Shown one piece after another: positions 61,661 through 64,000 of a stretch of 64,000 bases of DNA. Origin of the DNA: Cyanidioschyzon merolae. Taxonomy: Eukaryota. Below the pieces are notes generated by a model that searched no databases, was not told where the DNA came from, and was given only the letters and a program-made list of their open reading frames with translations. Where the stretch lies: assembly GCA_000091205.1 (NCBI GenBank), contig AP006501.2. One strand, given 5' to 3'. Both the position numbers and the translations under genes were made by a program. Positions within the stretch are counted from its first letter, which is position 1; each line of letters begins with the position of its first letter.

Positions 61661-61716
61661 GCTACGACTACGACTACTACTACAGCAGCAGCAGCTGCTG
61701 CTGCTGCTACTGCTGC
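61661..61716. repeat. Compound (CTA/CGA)n-(CAG)n-(CTG)n trinucleotide microsatellite, non-coding
   Basis: ctacgactacgactactactacagcagcagcagctgctgctgctgctactgctgc. Confidence 0.85.
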
Positions 61717-63344
61717 ATGTGCCAGTACCGCAGTAATGGAGCAGCATCGCAACTGGTGTTGACATCAACACCTCCCGGTGCCATTTCATGACAAAATGGA
61801 ATGAGTCTGATCAGGTAAGTCGCTCGAGAGCAGACGGTAAAGTCTGGGTACCTTTTCAGTATGATCGATACCTGCTTCCGCCGGCTATCTCTGCAGCTTG
61901 TGCGTTTTGCGCGCTCTGTGCTCCATCTTTCCTCATGCCGAGTGCTGCCGCTACCTCAACTCTATTGTCAACAGGCGAAGCATGGTGATGCCCACATGAA
62001 ATTCCCATTTTCGCAGCTATGGACTGCTATTCACGCATTTCATGCACAGGTGAAAGTTGCCATGCACACGTCGCCTGCCAAATTCATCTTCTCTGTCGAT
62101 CGAGTCGATGCACCCTTTGCGGCCATGATCCTTGCCTGCGATCAAGTGCGCTCCTGTGTCCGACGCACATGCTTCACCAAGGGCCGCTCTGTTGCACAAG
62201 AGCGCTCGCTTCACTGCTCGTTACGTGCACATGGTGGGTACGTAGCGCGCGACTCCATGTCGTGCTCGGGTTCCATATCCGGTGACGCACGCTACGATGA
62301 CGGGCATCTTCAGCGGAATCCCACGGCGAGCGGTTCTTCTCTGTTGCACACGCAAGCGAACGCTATTCCATTCGAAAGGGCGTTTGTAGAACGCGATCAT
62401 GGCCATGATAAAATAGGTTCCGGAAGGAAGACTCGGGCTCGAGAACAAGTCGCGCGTGCGCAATCCATCGACGCTCCGCCGGTGCGAAGCGGTAAATGAA
62501 CGGATGTATTCCGGAGGTGATCTCTGTGTGGTGACTCGAGTCCGACTCCAAGCCTCATTCCCATACATACAGAAGAGACGGCATCCTCTGGGCGCAAATC
62601 CTGTGACAGGTACGATGCGACTGCGGAACGCGCCTTCGACGTCAACCAGAAAGAGCGGAACATGCTTCTATCGAAGCAAATCGATTACTTGAGGAGACGC
62701 GTTGCGTGCACTTTCGGCATGAGCTTCTCTACGCACTGTCATAGGGTGGTATCGGGTTTTCTGTTGTTTCATCGTCGTTCCAGCGTCGCGAATCGCTTCG
62801 CTGTCGAGTAGCCTTGAACCGGAAAGATCGAACACGTGCAGCAGGCGTGATTTGAGGACGCTCGGCCTAGGGACAAGAGACGAGTGAAGGCCTCTACGTA
62901 TGCACCGCATCATGATATCGGTTATTTTAGGATCCGTTGTTGCGTAGTGTCGCGAAGCATCTTGGTTCGCGGGACGTCATCAGGATCATCGGCAAAGCGT
63001 CGAAGGTACCGCTCCGAAATGACGACCGAGCTAGAAGCCCTAAAAGCTACGTATGCACCCGTGAGCCTTCGCTGCTATATTTTGAATGTCAGGGCGGAAT
63101 ACCTATGAAAAGTTCCGGATATATTGACGGGGAGAAATACAGCGAGCTGTTCTATTGCTCATTTCCATGTAACTCGTGTGGATGCAATACGAGTCACCAA
63201 CAACCGTTGCGCCTAGAACGGTCTTGGAACTGTTGCGCGCGGCTACAGTCCAGCGCAGCTACTCAGCTACCGCGAACGTTACGCTTGGCACGTATCGAGG
63301 CGAGTGATGCAGTCAACTTCGCCCTGTAGATAAAAGGAAAGGAT

Positions 63345-64000
63345 ATGGAGAGAGCGCGTAACACGTCAAAGGGCAAAAGAACGGCGTCGGGGTCGATGCC
63401 AGCGGCAAGCTCACTGGATCCCGCTTACGCCGTCATTCTCCCGACGTACAACGAACGGGAAAACTTGCCGTTTGTAGTTGAGTTGATACACCAAGCGTTC
63501 TCAAGCGTTAGTCTTGCGGATCGCTATCACCTTGTCATCGTGGACGACAACTCACCGGACGGCACGCTACAAGTTGCCCGGGCGCTGCAAAAGCTCTACG
63601 GGGAAGAGCGTCTGACGCTTGCCCCACGCAGCGGCAAACTCGGCCTAGGGACAGCGTATCGTCACGGACTACAAAGAGCACCGACGGCTTGCAGCAGGAT
63701 ATTTTTGTTCGACGCGGACCTTTCCCATAATCCACTCGCAATACCCGCCTTCATAGCGTGCATGGATAAGACCCAGGCGGATATCGTGACCGGTACGCGC
63801 TACCTGGGCACCGGTGGCGTCTGCGGCTGGGGCTGGAAGCGGAAAATCACCTCGAGCGCAGCGAACCTGCTCACGCAGTGGCTCTTGGACCCCGGTGTTA
63901 GCGATGTGACTGGAAGCTTTCGCCTTTATCGTCGCGAGGCATTGGAGCAACTCCTGGAGGCGGTGCACTCGCGAGGCTATGTGTTTCAAATGGAGGCCAT
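63345..64000 (+). CDS. DPM1: Dolichol-phosphate mannosyltransferase catalytic subunit (DPM1, GT2 family), 5' part. The ORF runs off the 3' edge of the window
   Basis: Manual translation from the ATG at 63345: AYAVILPTYNERENLP, IVDDNSPDGT, RSGKLGLGTAY, FLFDADLSHNP, GTRYLGTGGVCGWGWKRK, LTGSFRLYRREALEQLL, GYVFQME. This is the DPM1 motif set in the correct order. It is not in the ORF track because no stop occurs inside the window. Confidence 0.85.
   Translation, partial: MERARNTSKGKRTASGSMPAASSLDPAYAVILPTYNERENLPFVVELIHQAFSSVSLADRYHLVIVDDNSPDGTLQVARALQKLYGEERLTLAPRSGKLGLGTAYRHGLQRAPTACSRIFLFDADLSHNPLAIPAFIACMDKTQADIVTGTRYLGTGGVCGWGWKRKITSSAANLLTQWLLDPGVSDVTGSFRLYRREALEQLLEAVHSRGYVFQMEA

Noticed and set aside
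1-64000. Trypanosomatid (Leishmania-like) origin, suggested by GC content, absence of introns and giant low-complexity proteins
   Set aside because: Gene orientation switches every one to four genes, with no long unidirectional polycistronic clusters. Presence of a CCT motif gene

Overview
This 64-kb window reads as nuclear DNA from a GC-rich (roughly 55-58%), intron-poor unicellular eukaryote. Every recognisable gene is a single uninterrupted ORF and genes sit on both strands.

Recognisable genes:
- an AP endonuclease at the 5' edge and DPM1 at the 3' edge, both running off the window and so absent from the ORF track;
- a ZIP metal transporter, UDP-glucose pyrophosphorylase, a CCT-motif protein, an ADCK/ABC1 kinase, a TauE/SafE permease, an MFS transporter and TRM1.

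Three giant low-complexity proteins dominate the window:
- two tandem paralogues (2064 and 2356 aa) of an SLC9C-type Na+/H+ exchanger with a voltage-sensor-like S4 helix and a cyclic-nucleotide-binding domain;
- a 2233-aa INCENP-like protein with a canonical C-terminal IN-box and an internal PHD finger.

The non-coding DNA is unusually structured:
- four different tandem minisatellite arrays (unit lengths 97, 71, 189 and 94 bp) each lie directly 5' of a gene start;
- a 1.3-kb near-identical dispersed duplicate brackets the UGPase/INCENP segment;
- coding trinucleotide microsatellites are frequent.

The first ~10 kb after the AP endonuclease is gene-poor and lower in GC. Lineage cannot be fixed from sequence alone. 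The CCT motif points toward the green/plastid-bearing lineages, and the mixed strand organisation argues against trypanosomatids.
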